Below are positions 12,148-23,654 of a stretch of 64,000 bases of DNA, one piece after another. The first letter of the stretch is position 1, and every line of letters starts with the position of its first letter. A program made the translations under genes and the position numbers. A model generated the notes under the pieces. The model made no database searches. It was not told the origin of the DNA and worked only from the letters and a program-made list of their open reading frames with translations. The stretch is from Eledone cirrhosa (Eukaryota): positions 11,966,001 through 12,030,000 of the forward strand of contig OZ024747.1 in the NCBI GenBank assembly GCA_964016885.1, written 5' to 3'.

Positions 12148-12795
12148 ATGACTAGTCCAGCCCCAGAAAACATTCCTGCTGAGCCGAAATCTCCAGCCAG
12201 GTCCAGAACTGAGAGCCTGAACATCTCATCAAGTGTGGGCAGTTTGAGATTTATTAATGATGAACTACGATCACATGTCACCAAGTTACGGAACCAACTG
12301 GAAGCTGAGAAAGGCAACCTGAAGCAAGCTCATCGACAGAAAGTTCTAGACATTAAGAATGTACGCGAACAGGAACAGAAGAAAGCGCTGGCGACAATCA
12401 TAGAACTGAAGAAGAAGTTCCATGAAGAGAAGATGAAAGAAATGGACAGTATACGTGAAACAGTGAGCCAGAAATTAGAGTTGGACAAGAACAAGTGTTT
12501 GAAGACAAAAGAGAGTGAAATGACTAAACTGAGACAAGAACTGGATGTGAAGGAGAAAATGTTGAACAAATTATTGTCTCAAACTAACCAGAAAACCACT
12601 AATGACCAGATTAAAGTGAAACTTCTTGATGAACTCAGTGAACTACGGAGTACAAAACGACAGTTAGAGGAATCTCTTTCCCAGGCAACCGTAGTTGAGA
12701 AGCACCACAGTGAAAACCTGAAGAAATTGTGCAGCAGCTATGAGACGGAACTGGTGAGAGTCCGAAGAGAAGCTCACATAGAGATACGCCACATG
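12148..12795 (+). CDS. JAKMIP: JAKMIP-family coiled-coil protein, first coding exon (216 codons)
   Basis: Non-repetitive 227-aa ORF with CAAAATG start context. The segment NDELRSHVTKLRNQLEAEK...VREQEQKKALATIIELKKKFHEEKMKEMDSIRETV...LSELRSTKRQLEESL...RVRREAHIEIRHM resembles the vertebrate JAKMIP N-terminal coiled coil as I recall it (NEELRAKL...VREHEQHK...ELKTKLHEEKMKELQAVRE...ISELKGAKRQVEEAL...EREIRRL). Canonical donor ATG|GTAAGT at 12796, phase 0. Confidence 0.9.
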
Positions 12796-13001
12796 GTAAG
12801 TAAAAACATCATCTCGTTTACCTTATGTTGAACCTCCATTATTGTTATTGGACTTATCTTGTTTATTATTATTACTTTGTTATTGTTATTCATATTGTTT
12901 ACTCGATTTTTCTGTAAAACCCCACTGTCCCCATCTTTGTATTGTCCCCTATATGTCGGCCCTTGTGGCCAATAAATGAAATCATTATTATTCTGTACCC
13001 T

Positions 13002-14410
13002 AGGGCAGTGGATTGGCAATAATCGGTAGAACATCGACCAAGATGCTTGGTGGCATAGTTACGGCCCTTTACTTTCTGAGTTCAAATCCTTCTGAACTTA
13101 GATTTGCCTTTCATCCTATTGGGGTCGATAAAGTACCAGTAATGCACTGGGGTCAATTTAATCGATTTTCCCCCTCCCCTTCTATTGTTGACGTTGTGCC
13201 ACAAATAAAAACAATTCGGGGTCGATAAAATAAAGTACCAGTAATGCACTGGGTAATTGCTGGCCTTGTGCCTAAAGTAGAAACAATTATTATAACTGTT
13301 ATTTATTTTGATGAGTTGACTTGTCAGGTGTAAGATCATTAGATATGTGAACCACATCTCTGTGTTCTGAGTTCAAATCCTGCCATGGTTCATTTTTTGC
13401 CTTTCATCCTTTCGGGGATCAACAAAGAAAGTACCAGCTCAGAGTTGGTGCAGCCCTTCTTCTCACTTTTCAGCTGTCACATCTTGGATGTTTCACTGGA
13501 TTAAAGGAGGCAGAGTTAAGAGGGTGTTTGTATCTGTCCATGACCCCTAAAACCCTGCGCAAAATCATGCTAGAAACTACCAAATCATCCTCGATTGTGA
13601 ATGATGGCTGTAATTTTTTAGTTTTCCTCATATTTAGTGATGAGGTGGAGAATTGTCAGAATCATTAGAACGTTGGATAAAGTGCTTTGCATTATTAGTT
13701 CTGACTCCCTGCTCTCTGAGTTCAAATTATGCTGAGGACAACTTTGCATTTCATCCATTGATGATAAAAGGTTGATAAAAAAAAAAGTACCAGTCTAGTA
13801 CTGGGGTCTATTCTTCCTCCCTATCTCTTTCTCACTTCCTTTCTCTCACTCCCTCTTTCCTTCTCTGGAAGAAATCTGCTGTATTCAGACCTGGAGAGGA
13901 TTGGGCTCTGCCAGCCTTTAAAATGCACTAGAAATGCCATATATCAATACAGCAACCCCATAACTCTCTCAGGAGTTACGGAACCATCCCAAACATGCAC
14001 AAGTGAACAACTTTGAATGATTAATGTTGTACCAGAATATAAACTCAGCTACATGTATTGAGTACTTTATGCCTCTCGGTTGTATACTCAATGATAGTTA
14101 TGTCTGAATAGTAAAATACGGGATGGTAACAACAACTAAAGTACCAGTAACGCACTGGGGTCGATTTAATCGACTTTCCCCAAAAAATTGTTAACCTTGT
14201 GCCTAAATCAGAAATCATCATTATTATTATCAGATCAATATATTGGCAAGTCCTTTGAACATTGGATAAATACCTAGCTCTTTATGTTCTGAGTTCAAAT
14301 CCTGTCGAGGTCATATTTATTTTTCATCTTTCTGGGGTCGATAAAAATAAAGTACCAGTAGAGCACGGGGTTGATATAATCGACTTTCTCTTTACTCTAA
14401 ATTGTTGTTC
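13002..14410 (+). mobile_element. Cluster of tRNA-derived SINE copies and fragments (about 13002-13290, 13365-13440, 13645-13810, 14140-14410)
   Basis: Repeated GAGTTCAAAT...TTTCATCC...GGGGTCGATAAA...AAGTACCAGT signatures. Confidence 0.85.
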
Positions 14411-14899
14411 TTGAATTATTACTGCAGTGTTCTTGGCCAAGTTAGATAACTCTGCTTGCTTCAGATTGTCTGTTACTACGTGGTTATCTTCTCATACTTT
14501 ACTGTCGAATTTAATTCATCGAAATCGCCATCAAAACACCAGGCGTCCTCGGATCCCGTTCTGTCGAGCACCTACATAAAATCGGAACGTCAACAGCCCG
14601 TCAGAGGAAGGAGTTCCATGCGACGGTGGTGGTAATAGTAGTAGTATTAGAAGTAGTGGTGGTGGTAGTAGTAAGTAGTGGTAAACAGTGCTGACAGTTT
14701 AATTTCCTCCAGACAAAATATACAGGTTTGATGATAGCGATTGGATAATGCAAGGGAGACAACTTAGGATCGACTGAAGGAAGACTGGTTATCTTAAAAT
14801 TGTGTGTGTGTGTAAAAGCACCGTCAGTAACGCAGGAGAATGGAAAATAACGAAATACTGGGGTTTTACTTGACATTTCCTTCGAGTCCTCTGGTGTTA

Positions 14900-15150
14900 T
14901 CGGTCCCTAAATTGAAGTCTTCGGAGAAGTAGCGGCTCTACCTGGAGTAACTCTTTGATCTCCGAGCTATGCACTCTATCGAGTAACATTGCTCCAAAGA
15001 TCCTTCGGGAGAACCCTCATTTCGACTGCTTGTATTCGATAATTACCCAAGATTCTTGACCATAAGTAAGGCTTGACGCGAACATGGATATGAAGATAGC
15101 GAGTTTGTTTTTTACACCGAGCTCCTTTCTTTTGATGACCGAATGCCGAA
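14900..15150 (-). mobile_element. RTE (Expander/Rex3-like) LINE remnant
   Basis: Minus-strand peptide KELGVKNKLAIFISMFASSLTYGQESWV..RIQAVEMRVL..LLDRVHSSEIKELLQVEPLLLR with frameshifts, typical of the RTE ORF C-terminal third. Confidence 0.75.
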
Positions 15151-16029
15151 GCTGCGCATTACTGTGTGTGTGTCATTTATTCTTTTAGTCATGAGACTGG
15201 GGCCATGCTGTCGCACCATCTTAACGCTGGTTTTATCGATCATAGCGACACTAGTACACATTGTGCAGGTGTGTTTGTGTGTATTTATCTCCTGTAACTT
15301 CCAATATCTTTTTGTGGAACCTCTAAGAACCAGTCCTGAAGATATAAGTACGGTGACGTGGAGGTTCGATATTACCGACTAAATCAAGACGGTGTCCCAG
15401 TATACCAGCTGTGTAATTACTGCAGTCAGTAAAAGAGAGTTGCTGAGTGTCAATAGCTGTCTCCCCTATAACATTCCTTCTCTCTGATGCCTATTGTTTC
15501 TTTACAATTTATCCACGGGACTCAGCCCATCACCCTTCCTTTCTTCAGTGGCCCAAGTGTCCGTCTTTCCCCCCCCCCCCCCATTTATGGCATTTACAGT
15601 CCTTTCCTCTATTTTCTCATACAACCAGATCTCCCCTTCTTTACCCCTTCCCCCCTTTTTTCTCATTATTTAATTTTGTTTTTATCTTTCTTTTTCACAT
15701 CTTTGTAATTATCAATGGTTTTTAAGACGACTTAATTTGAATAAAATTTCTATTTTCATCTTTAAAAAAGTAATTAAGATTTAGGGTTGGTAGCTCAAAC
15801 TCTACACACTTGGCTGATCCGAGAGATGCCAGGTTCGATTCATCACTGGTACCTCTGTCTACTTTTTTCCATCTCCAGAGGTACTTTACCTGAATTCCTT
15901 AACTATTATTTAGAGTGATCATGGAGTTCCACTGAAGCAGGTAGAGAAGCTAAAGTATCTCGGGACCGTGTTCGCGAGTGATGGAAGGCAGAAGGATGGG
16001 CATGTGGTTAGAATGTCTCAGGAAAGAAT

Positions 16030-16248
16030 CGCTGGACAGATTTTAGGGACAAAACGAACTGGCAGGAAACCCAGGGCGTACCCCGAGCCCGAGCAAGATG
16101 GTTGAATAACATCCATGAGCTTGGCTGGTCTCGCTTGGAGATCCAGGCGGATCATTTGGAGACAGTTGTTTCAGACAGGACCTGCTGGAAGGAGTTTTTG
16201 AGGACTCTGTCCCCCGCGACCTTCTCTGGAATAAGTGGGCCGAGAAGG
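16030..16248 (+). mobile_element. RTE (Expander/Rex3-like) 3' end
   Basis: Peptide TKRTGRKPR..PRARWLNNIHELGWSRLEIQADHLETVVSDRTCWKEFLRTLSPRP; homologous to 50675-50895 in the opposite orientation. Confidence 0.8.
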
Positions 16249-16541
16249 AGACTTTTATTCCAGTTCTTTCTTCGTTAGACCTCTCACATTTCAAACATAA
16301 TTATATATAATTTCTAAAACCTTTTATATATATATCCATTTCTCCAACTCTTTCATGTTTTGTAACAATCCTCTCCTCGCTTTATATTCCCTACACTTCT
16401 CTCCCTATTTATCATTTCTAACCCCCACTCCACTACATCCCTTCTTCTCATATCCTAGACATTTCTTTTTCTCTCCCTCTCTCTCTCTCTATCTCTCTCT
16501 CTCTCTCTCCCTCTCTTTATCTCTTTCTCTCCCTCTCTCTG

Positions 16542-16595
<54 letters not shown>

Positions 16596-16971
16596 TCTTT
16601 CTCTCTTTCTCTCTCTCTCTCCTCCCTATCTAATTTTCTCACTCTATCTAACTCATTTCCTCCTCAAATTCTCATATCTCTGTATCTTACTGTCTTCCAT
16701 ATTTTCCCTGCACCACCATCTACACTACCCCTACACCATCCACCCCACCACACCACCCACTACACCATCCACCCCCTATACCCCTCACCACACATTATAC
16801 CCTGCACCACCCTTATTAGTCTATCTATCTTTCACCCCCCTCATTACCGTATATACTCTTTCCTCCCCTCATTATTGTCTCTGTCTTTCTAGTTTCACCC
16901 CTCCTCCATCTCATTTCTTATTCCATCTGTCTATCCCCGTCATATTCTACATCTATACACACCCAGATCGA

Positions 16972-17787
16972 TTACCTGGGTATTTAGCACTCTAGGCTAG
17001 CCCTACAATATGTACCTGGGTATATATATATAGTATTATAGGTTAGCCCTACAATATGTACCTGGGTATATATATAGTATTATAGGTTAGCCCTACAATA
17101 TGTATCTGGGTATATATATAGCACTTTAGGCTAGCCCTACAATATGTACCTGGGTAAATATATAACACTCTCGGTTAGCCCTACAATATGTACCTGGGTA
17201 TATATATAACACTCTCGGTTAGCCCTACAATATGTACCTGGGTATATATATATAGCACTCTAGGTTAGCTCTACAATATGTACCTGGGTATTTACCACCC
17301 TAGGTTAGCCCTACAATATGTACCTGGGTATTTACCACCCTAGGCTAGCCATACAATATGTACGTAGGTATTTAACACCCTAGGTTAGCCCTACAATATA
17401 TACCTGGGTATTTACCACCACCCTAGGTTAGCCCTACAATATGTACCTGGGTATTTACCACTCTAGGTTAGTCCTACAATATATACCTGGGTATCCAACA
17501 CCCTAGGTTAGCCCTACAATATATACCTGGGTATTTACCACCCTAGGTTAGCCCTACAATATGTACCTGGGTATTTACCACTCTAGGTTAGTCCTACAAT
17601 ATATACCTGGGTATCCAACACCCTAGGTTAGCCCTACAATATATACCTGGGTATTTACCACCCTAGGTTAGCCCTACAATATGTACCTGGGTATTTACCA
17701 CCCTAGGTTAGTCCTACAATATATACCTGGGAATCCCACACCCTAGGTTAGCCCTACAATATATACCTGGGTATCCAACACCCTAGC
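16972..17787 (+). repeat. 40-46-bp minisatellite
   Basis: CTAGGTTAGCCCTACAATATGTACCTGGGTATTTACCACC; diverged inverted copies at 25345-25540. Confidence 0.95.
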
Positions 17788-18076
17788 TGTGCATGTCTCC
17801 CTATTTTACTCTTTCTTTCTTTCTATTTCCCCCTACTTCTATCTCAGCCTCTCCCTATCTCCCTTTCTCTCTCTCTCTCTCCATGTTTCTCTCCTTCCCT
17901 ATCCCCTCTCCCCCTCTCTGTCACCCCCATCTCTCTCTTCCTCCATTTCTCGCCCCCTCACTGTCTCCCGCTCCATCTCTCTCCCCCTCTCCCCTCTCTC
18001 TCCAATACACCAGCTGTCTTTTTCTTTCCTATTCTTCTTCACTCTCTCTTTTTCCTGCCTCCATCCGTTTCAATAA

Positions 18077-18122
<46 letters not shown>

Positions 18123-18329
18123 GTATGCACGTGTGTGTATGTATGTATGCGTGTGTATGCATGTATATCTACAAACACTATATCTCTCTCTCTCTTTCCA
18201 CCCACTACTCTTTGTCTTGCCTCTCACTGCTCCCTTATTTGCCTGCTACCTCTCTTCCTCCTGCCTCGGTCCTCCTTCTCTCCACTCACCCCCCCCCCAA
18301 ACACACACCCCTTTCTCATTCTCTCTCGT

Positions 18330-18440
18330 CTGCCAATCTGTCCCCCCCCCTCCCTCTCTCAGTCAGTCAGTCAGTCAGTCCGACTGGCTGCCTGCTCACT
18401 ATAAAAGCAGTCGCCACCGACCATTCTCTGCTCAGAAGTG
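18330..18440 (+). promoter_or_regulatory. Candidate internal core promoter (CCAAT 18333-18337, TATAAAAG 18400-18407)
   Basis: Canonical TATA box preceded by GCCAATC, (TCAG)n and long CT-rich tracts, and followed by about 800 nt of unique UTR-like sequence with an octamer ATTTGCAT at 18643-18650. Confidence 0.5.
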
Positions 18441-19222
18441 CTGCTGTTGTCATCTTTGCTAGTGGAGGAGCTGTAGTGGTATATGAATATTAATATATAT
18501 AGACGTATGTATATAGACATCTATAAAGAAACATATATATGTATGTATGTATATATAATATCTTAGAAAACGATCTATCTATTTATTTATTTATTTATTT
18601 ATTTGGCTGTGAGTTGTCAGTCCGTTTGTTTTACCATTTGAAATTTGCATATTTGCAAAGAAAGAAAAAGAAAAGAATTCCAAAACGAAAGAATTTTTAA
18701 AGAACAGTAAACTATTTAAGAAAACCAATATAGTTTTCTTAAGACACCACCAAGACAGGAAGACTTTGGAATACCTCGTTGAAATATCAGGTATCCGTGT
18801 GAAAGAAAGGATTACACCTTACAAAGACAAACGGACTCCCTTCTGTTCGCTAATTATAACACTAATTATCGTTTTAAAACCAATATTTATTATTAACTAT
18901 TGTTATAATATTAACATTGTCGTTGTCGCTGGGCAAAAGGAAGTTTGAAACAACAACAACAACAACAACAAAAGACCAAGCCCTGAAATCGATATAATCG
19001 ATAAACGAACATCTTAAACAATTGTGAAATTAATTTAAGATTATCTAAATTTAATTTAATGGCAGATAAAAATACTAGACGCGACGAAAGCTCCCGTAAT
19101 GATAGTATGGAGAATGAATATATATAATAATATTAATGATAGATATTTAATGAATTAAAATAAATAAATAAATGATGAACTAAGATATTTAAGAATTCGT
19201 TCAAGTGAATTGAAGCGAAACC

Positions 19223-19378
19223 ATGAATATCGGAGAAAGAAGTAGCTTCTGTGCTATGGAATCAATCCGGCCAGATATCTCGTTGCACCTATGGCCTATA
19301 TTACAAGCACCACCTTCACCTTTTCGAAACGATGGTCGTATCACCATCTACTCCACACTGGGCCACCTCATACATGTC
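19223..19378 (+). CDS. Candidate alternative first coding exon (52 codons MNIGERSSF...GHLIHV)
   Basis: AAACCATG start context; GTC|GTAAGT donor at 19379 in phase 0, compatible with the phase-0 acceptor at 50971; lies downstream of the TATA box at 18400. Confidence 0.5.
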
Positions 19379-20169
19379 GTAAGTTGGGCTTTCTTGTTTT
19401 TGTTATTTTTTTCTCCGTAACTAACAACTCTCTCTCTCTATCTCTCTCTCATTACCTGTACAGACAATATTTATTGGAATGGTGTATACATTCTTTTGGA
19501 ACACCCTCTATATGTGTGTATATATATATATATATACACACTGAATGTGGGGTGGGGGGGGGCAGTTAACTTTTAAAGGGGAAGTGTCGAGGGTCGCAAA
19601 AGTCTTTATTGTTTATATCATACTTTTTTTAATTTGGGGTCGCTCCATCTCTAACCTTGTCACTTCGACCTCAGACACGGGCTCCGCAATCCTACATAGT
19701 TAAATACAGGGGCCTGACCGACCCCTTCCTGTTTCTACCAGTCCCCATGGAAACCTCCGGTGTCCTCGGTCCCCGCACTGCTGATTTTCTCCGTATGATC
19801 TGAAAGAGAGGGATCTCCCCGTAAGATAGGGAGGCTGTTGAAGCGGATGTGTCTGGCCATTCTCCGTTGTAACGTTTCTACCGTTTTACCTGCAGGGGGG
19901 TCAGCTGTGACACCTCTTTTGACTGTGCGTTAGTGTCACTGCGTCCTCCTGCCTCTTTCTTGCGTTGCTTTATCCCCTCTTATCTTGTTCTCCCCCCCCC
20001 CCCCCCACCCACCCCCACCTCCGTTTTTATCCCCTTTAGTCGTATGTTTTGTTTTTATAAGATACTGCTCAAATATTTTTATATAATCTCAATGGTTTTT
20101 CTCGAGATTTTGTATATTGAATGGTTGTTTCTACTAGGAAAAAATTACAAGGGAACCCGTTACGAATAA

Positions 20170-20202
<33 letters not shown>

Positions 20203-20204
<2 letters not shown>

Positions 20205-20276
20205 GGTTGTTCCAAAAAAATGTAAACACATTTGCCTGTACAGGTAATCAAAGTGTGTATACATATTTTGGGACAT

Positions 20277-20277
<1 letters not shown>
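20203..20277. mobile_element. Tiny Tc1/mariner-like MITE, duplicated at 20543-20617
   Basis: Imperfect TIRs GGTTGTTCCAAAAAAATGTAAACACA / TGTGTATACATATTTTGGGACATC; a related half-copy lies at 19452-19510. Confidence 0.55.
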
Positions 20278-20306
<29 letters not shown>

Positions 20307-20309
<3 letters not shown>

Positions 20310-20496
20310 CGAAGGAAATGTGGTAAGGAACCAGACGGACCATAACGCACCAAAGTACTCAATACTTAGGGTAGTAGAGTGGGTAATAGGAACGAGTAGG
20401 ACCCCGACGGCTGAGCTCAAGCCGTTTCGACGGCTAATTCAGTCCAGAATTAGCCGTCGAAACGGCTTGAGCTCAGCCGTCGGGGTCCTACTCGTT

Positions 20497-20501
<5 letters not shown>
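20307..20501 (-). mobile_element. Penelope-like palindromic mini-element with perfect 55-bp inverted arms
   Basis: Arms 20386-20440 and 20447-20501; each strand reads GTC-GAAA-CGGCT TGAGCTC AGCCG-TC-GGGGTC (hammerhead 3' half). GTATTGAGTAC on the minus strand at 20355-20365. Homologous to 22830-22930 and 25992-26190. Confidence 0.7.
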
Positions 20502-20544
<43 letters not shown>

Positions 20545-20613
20545 GGTTGTTCCCAAAAAATGTAAACACATTTGCCTGTACAGGTAATCAAAGTGTGTAT
20601 ACATATTTTGGGA

Positions 20614-20657
<44 letters not shown>

Positions 20658-21184
20658 GAAAGGTATGTATGTATGTATATATATATTATAGGATAGAATA
20701 TGATAGGTATAAAAGTATTTCAATATTTCGCCATCAAAAGGGTTTAAGCTTTACCGTAGGGCATGTCTTCGATTATATATCTTCAGTTTCCTCAAGTCTG
20801 GACTACTAAGTTGGATAATGTTTATAGTTGTCTTATCACATAATATATCCACACAGACAGACATATACAGCGCACGCGGCTGTGTGTGTGAATATAAATT
20901 TATTACGCATATTGTGTACACGCACATAAATTTGTGTGTGCACGTGCGTGTGTATATATTCATATACTCGCAAATACATGGATATATACATCGATAATGT
21001 GCTCGCTCTCTTTCTTTCTTTCTCTCTCTCGCGCGCTCTCTCTCTCTCTCTTTGTGTAAATATACAAATATGTGTGTGTGTGTGTGTGTAAATATGCAAA
21101 TGTCTGTGTGAGTAAATATACAAATGTATATGTGTGCATGTATATATATAAATGCATGTGTGTGTGCAAATATATAATTGTATA

Positions 21185-21235
<51 letters not shown>

Positions 21236-21252
21236 AAATATATAATTGTATA

Positions 21253-21291
<39 letters not shown>

Positions 21292-21409
21292 AAATATATA
21301 ATTGTATATACATGTGTGTGTGCAACCTTAGTCTGTACCAATATGGAAAAAACGAAGATTTTCACACCTACATCGTTAAAACTGATATCAAATACCACGT
21401 CCCTTCTCT

Positions 21410-22740
21410 ACCACCACCACTACTACCACCATACAACACCATCACCACTATCACTACCACCACCACTACCCACTACCACCACCACTACCCACATCATCAC
21501 TACTAACCACCATTACCACCGCCACTAACCACCATCACCACTGCCACCAACACAACCACCACCACATCCACCATACATCACCGCTATCACGTCATCACCT
21601 ACCACCACTATCATCACCACCTACCACCACCACCACCACACCACCATACCACCACCACCACCACACCACCACACCACCACCATCAGTGGTTATAGATATG
21701 TTTAACCATTAATGGTTGATATAATCAGTTTGTCTGGTTTGTTGCCAACATTGGTAGCATGGCACCAGCTTCTTACATCATTTCACATTCCTACACTACC
21801 ACCACAACCACCACCACCACCACCACTACCACCACAACCACCACCACCACCACCACTACTACCACCACCACCACCACCACCACTACTACCACCACCACCA
21901 CTACTACCACCACCACCACCACCACCACTACTACTACTACCACCACTACTACTACCACCACAACCACTACTACTGCCACCACTACTACTACCACCACCAC
22001 CACTACTACCACCACTACTACTACCACCACAACCACTACTACTGCCACCACTACTACTACCACCACCACCTACTACTACCACCACCACCACCACCACCAC
22101 TACTACTACTACTACCACCACTACTACTACTACCACCACTACTACTGTTACTACTACCACCACCACCACCACCACTGCTGCTGCTACTACTACTACTATA
22201 TTACTACTATTGCTATATTACTATACCACCACCACAACCACTACTACTACCACCACTACTACCACCACAACCACTACTACTGCCACCACTACTACTACCA
22301 CCACTACTACTATTACTACCACCACCACTACTACTACTGTTACCACCACCACCGCCGCTGCTGCTGCTGCTACTACTGCTGCTACTGCTGCTGCTATTGC
22401 TACTACTACTACTATTATATTACTACTATTGCTATATTACTACTACTACCACTACTACTACTACTATTACTACCACTGCTACTACTACTACTATATTACC
22501 ACTACTACTGCTATATTACTACTATTACTACCATCACTATTACTACCACTATTACCACTACTACTATATTACTATTAAAACTTTCTATTACTATCACTGC
22601 CACCACTACTACTACTACATCCACTGCTAATACTATTCCTACACTATCTACTACTACCACTACCTCTACTACTACTACCACTACCATTACTACAACCACC
22701 CTATTGTTGCCACTACTACTACTCCTACTACTATTACCAT
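21410..22740 (+). repeat. (ACC/ACT)n trinucleotide low-complexity tract
   Basis: Direct inspection; similar tracts at 1-200, 29625-30860, 32260-32650, 36530-37070 (GGT) and 46860-47120. Confidence 0.97.
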
Positions 22741-22829
22741 TGTGATGGTAGTAGTAATAGTAGGAATGGTTGGGTGGTATTGGTGTGCCAGACATAGTGG
22801 TAATGAAGATAACTATATATATATATATA

Positions 22830-22930
22830 GGGAAATCTTCAAGACCCCTATTACCCACTCTACTACCCTAAGTATTGAGTACTCTTGTGCGTTATGGTCC
22901 ACCTGGTTCCTTACCACACTTCCTTTGTTA
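22830..22930 (+). mobile_element. 3' fragment of the 20307-20501 family
   Basis: Shares CCTATTACCCACTCTACTACCCTAAGTATTGAGTACT...GGTTCCTTACCACA; lies between (TA)n tracts. Confidence 0.7.
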
Positions 22931-23189
22931 TATATATATATATATATATATATATAATGCACACACATACATGAAATTGAGTGTAATGTGGTCATGTTGG
23001 TGACATGAGAAAAAGCTCCCTGTACTCACTGTAAATGTAGTTGGTGTCCAGGAGGGCATCCAGCTGTAGAAACCAAGCCAAAATCAGTTGGGTGTGAGCT
23101 GGAGACAGTCATCTGACCTGGCTTGTCTAACCCATGCTAGCATGGAAAATGGATGTTAAACGGTGATGATGATGATGATATATATATAT

Positions 23190-23250
<61 letters not shown>

Positions 23251-23253
<3 letters not shown>

Positions 23254-23350
23254 GTGCTTACACAACTGTTGTGTAACCACTTCTATCTAACTCGTCCCTT
23301 GGACTGAGTGCTCTACCACTACAGATATTACCTTCCAGTGTTCCACCACT
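23251..23350 (+). mobile_element. Short hairpin-headed element related to 1240-1300
   Basis: Hairpin TAGAAGTGCTTACACA/TGTGTAACCACTTCTA, then GGACTGAGTGCTCTACCACTACAGATATTACCT, which matches the reverse complement of about 1255-1290; (TA)n on both sides. Confidence 0.55.
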
Positions 23351-23406
23351 ATATATATATATATATATATTATTATTATTATGTAATAAACAACATAAGG
23401 CAATTA

Positions 23407-23466
23407 TTCCATTTACCAGTGGTTTCTTAAAAGCAAAAGGTTTTGCTTTCAATCCTCAGAATGAAA
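23407..23466 (-). ncRNA. Type I hammerhead ribozyme, same family as 6105-6177
   Basis: Minus strand reads TTTCATT-CTGAGGA-TTGAAAGCAAAA CC TTTTGCTTTTAA-GAAA-CC ACT GG-TA-AATGGAA. Stem I and the downstream flank match the 6.1-kb copy; stem II is different in sequence but fully paired. Confidence 0.8.
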
Positions 23467-23588
23467 AATCCTGGTTTGTTTATTGAATATGGATTGCCTT
23501 ATGTTGTTTATTACATAATAATAATAATTAAGCTCTGTTGCATACATAGAGCACTCTTTTTTCCTGGACTTTTCCGATGGAATTACTT

Positions 23589-23650
<62 letters not shown>

Positions 23651-23654
<4 letters not shown>

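Noticed and set aside
13075-13095. GAGTTCAAATCC B-box suggesting tRNA genes
   Set aside because: No cloverleaf; these are SINE heads repeated throughout the window.
19334-19363. GRITIYSTLG resembles the start of a glutaredoxin domain
   Set aside because: The expected CxxC does not follow in frame; likely coincidence.
19630-19990. GC-richer unique block, minus-strand peptide VETLQRRMARHI..SLSYGE reminiscent of a CR1 LINE
   Set aside because: The similarity is too short and frameshifted to call; it needs a tBLASTx against a TE library.
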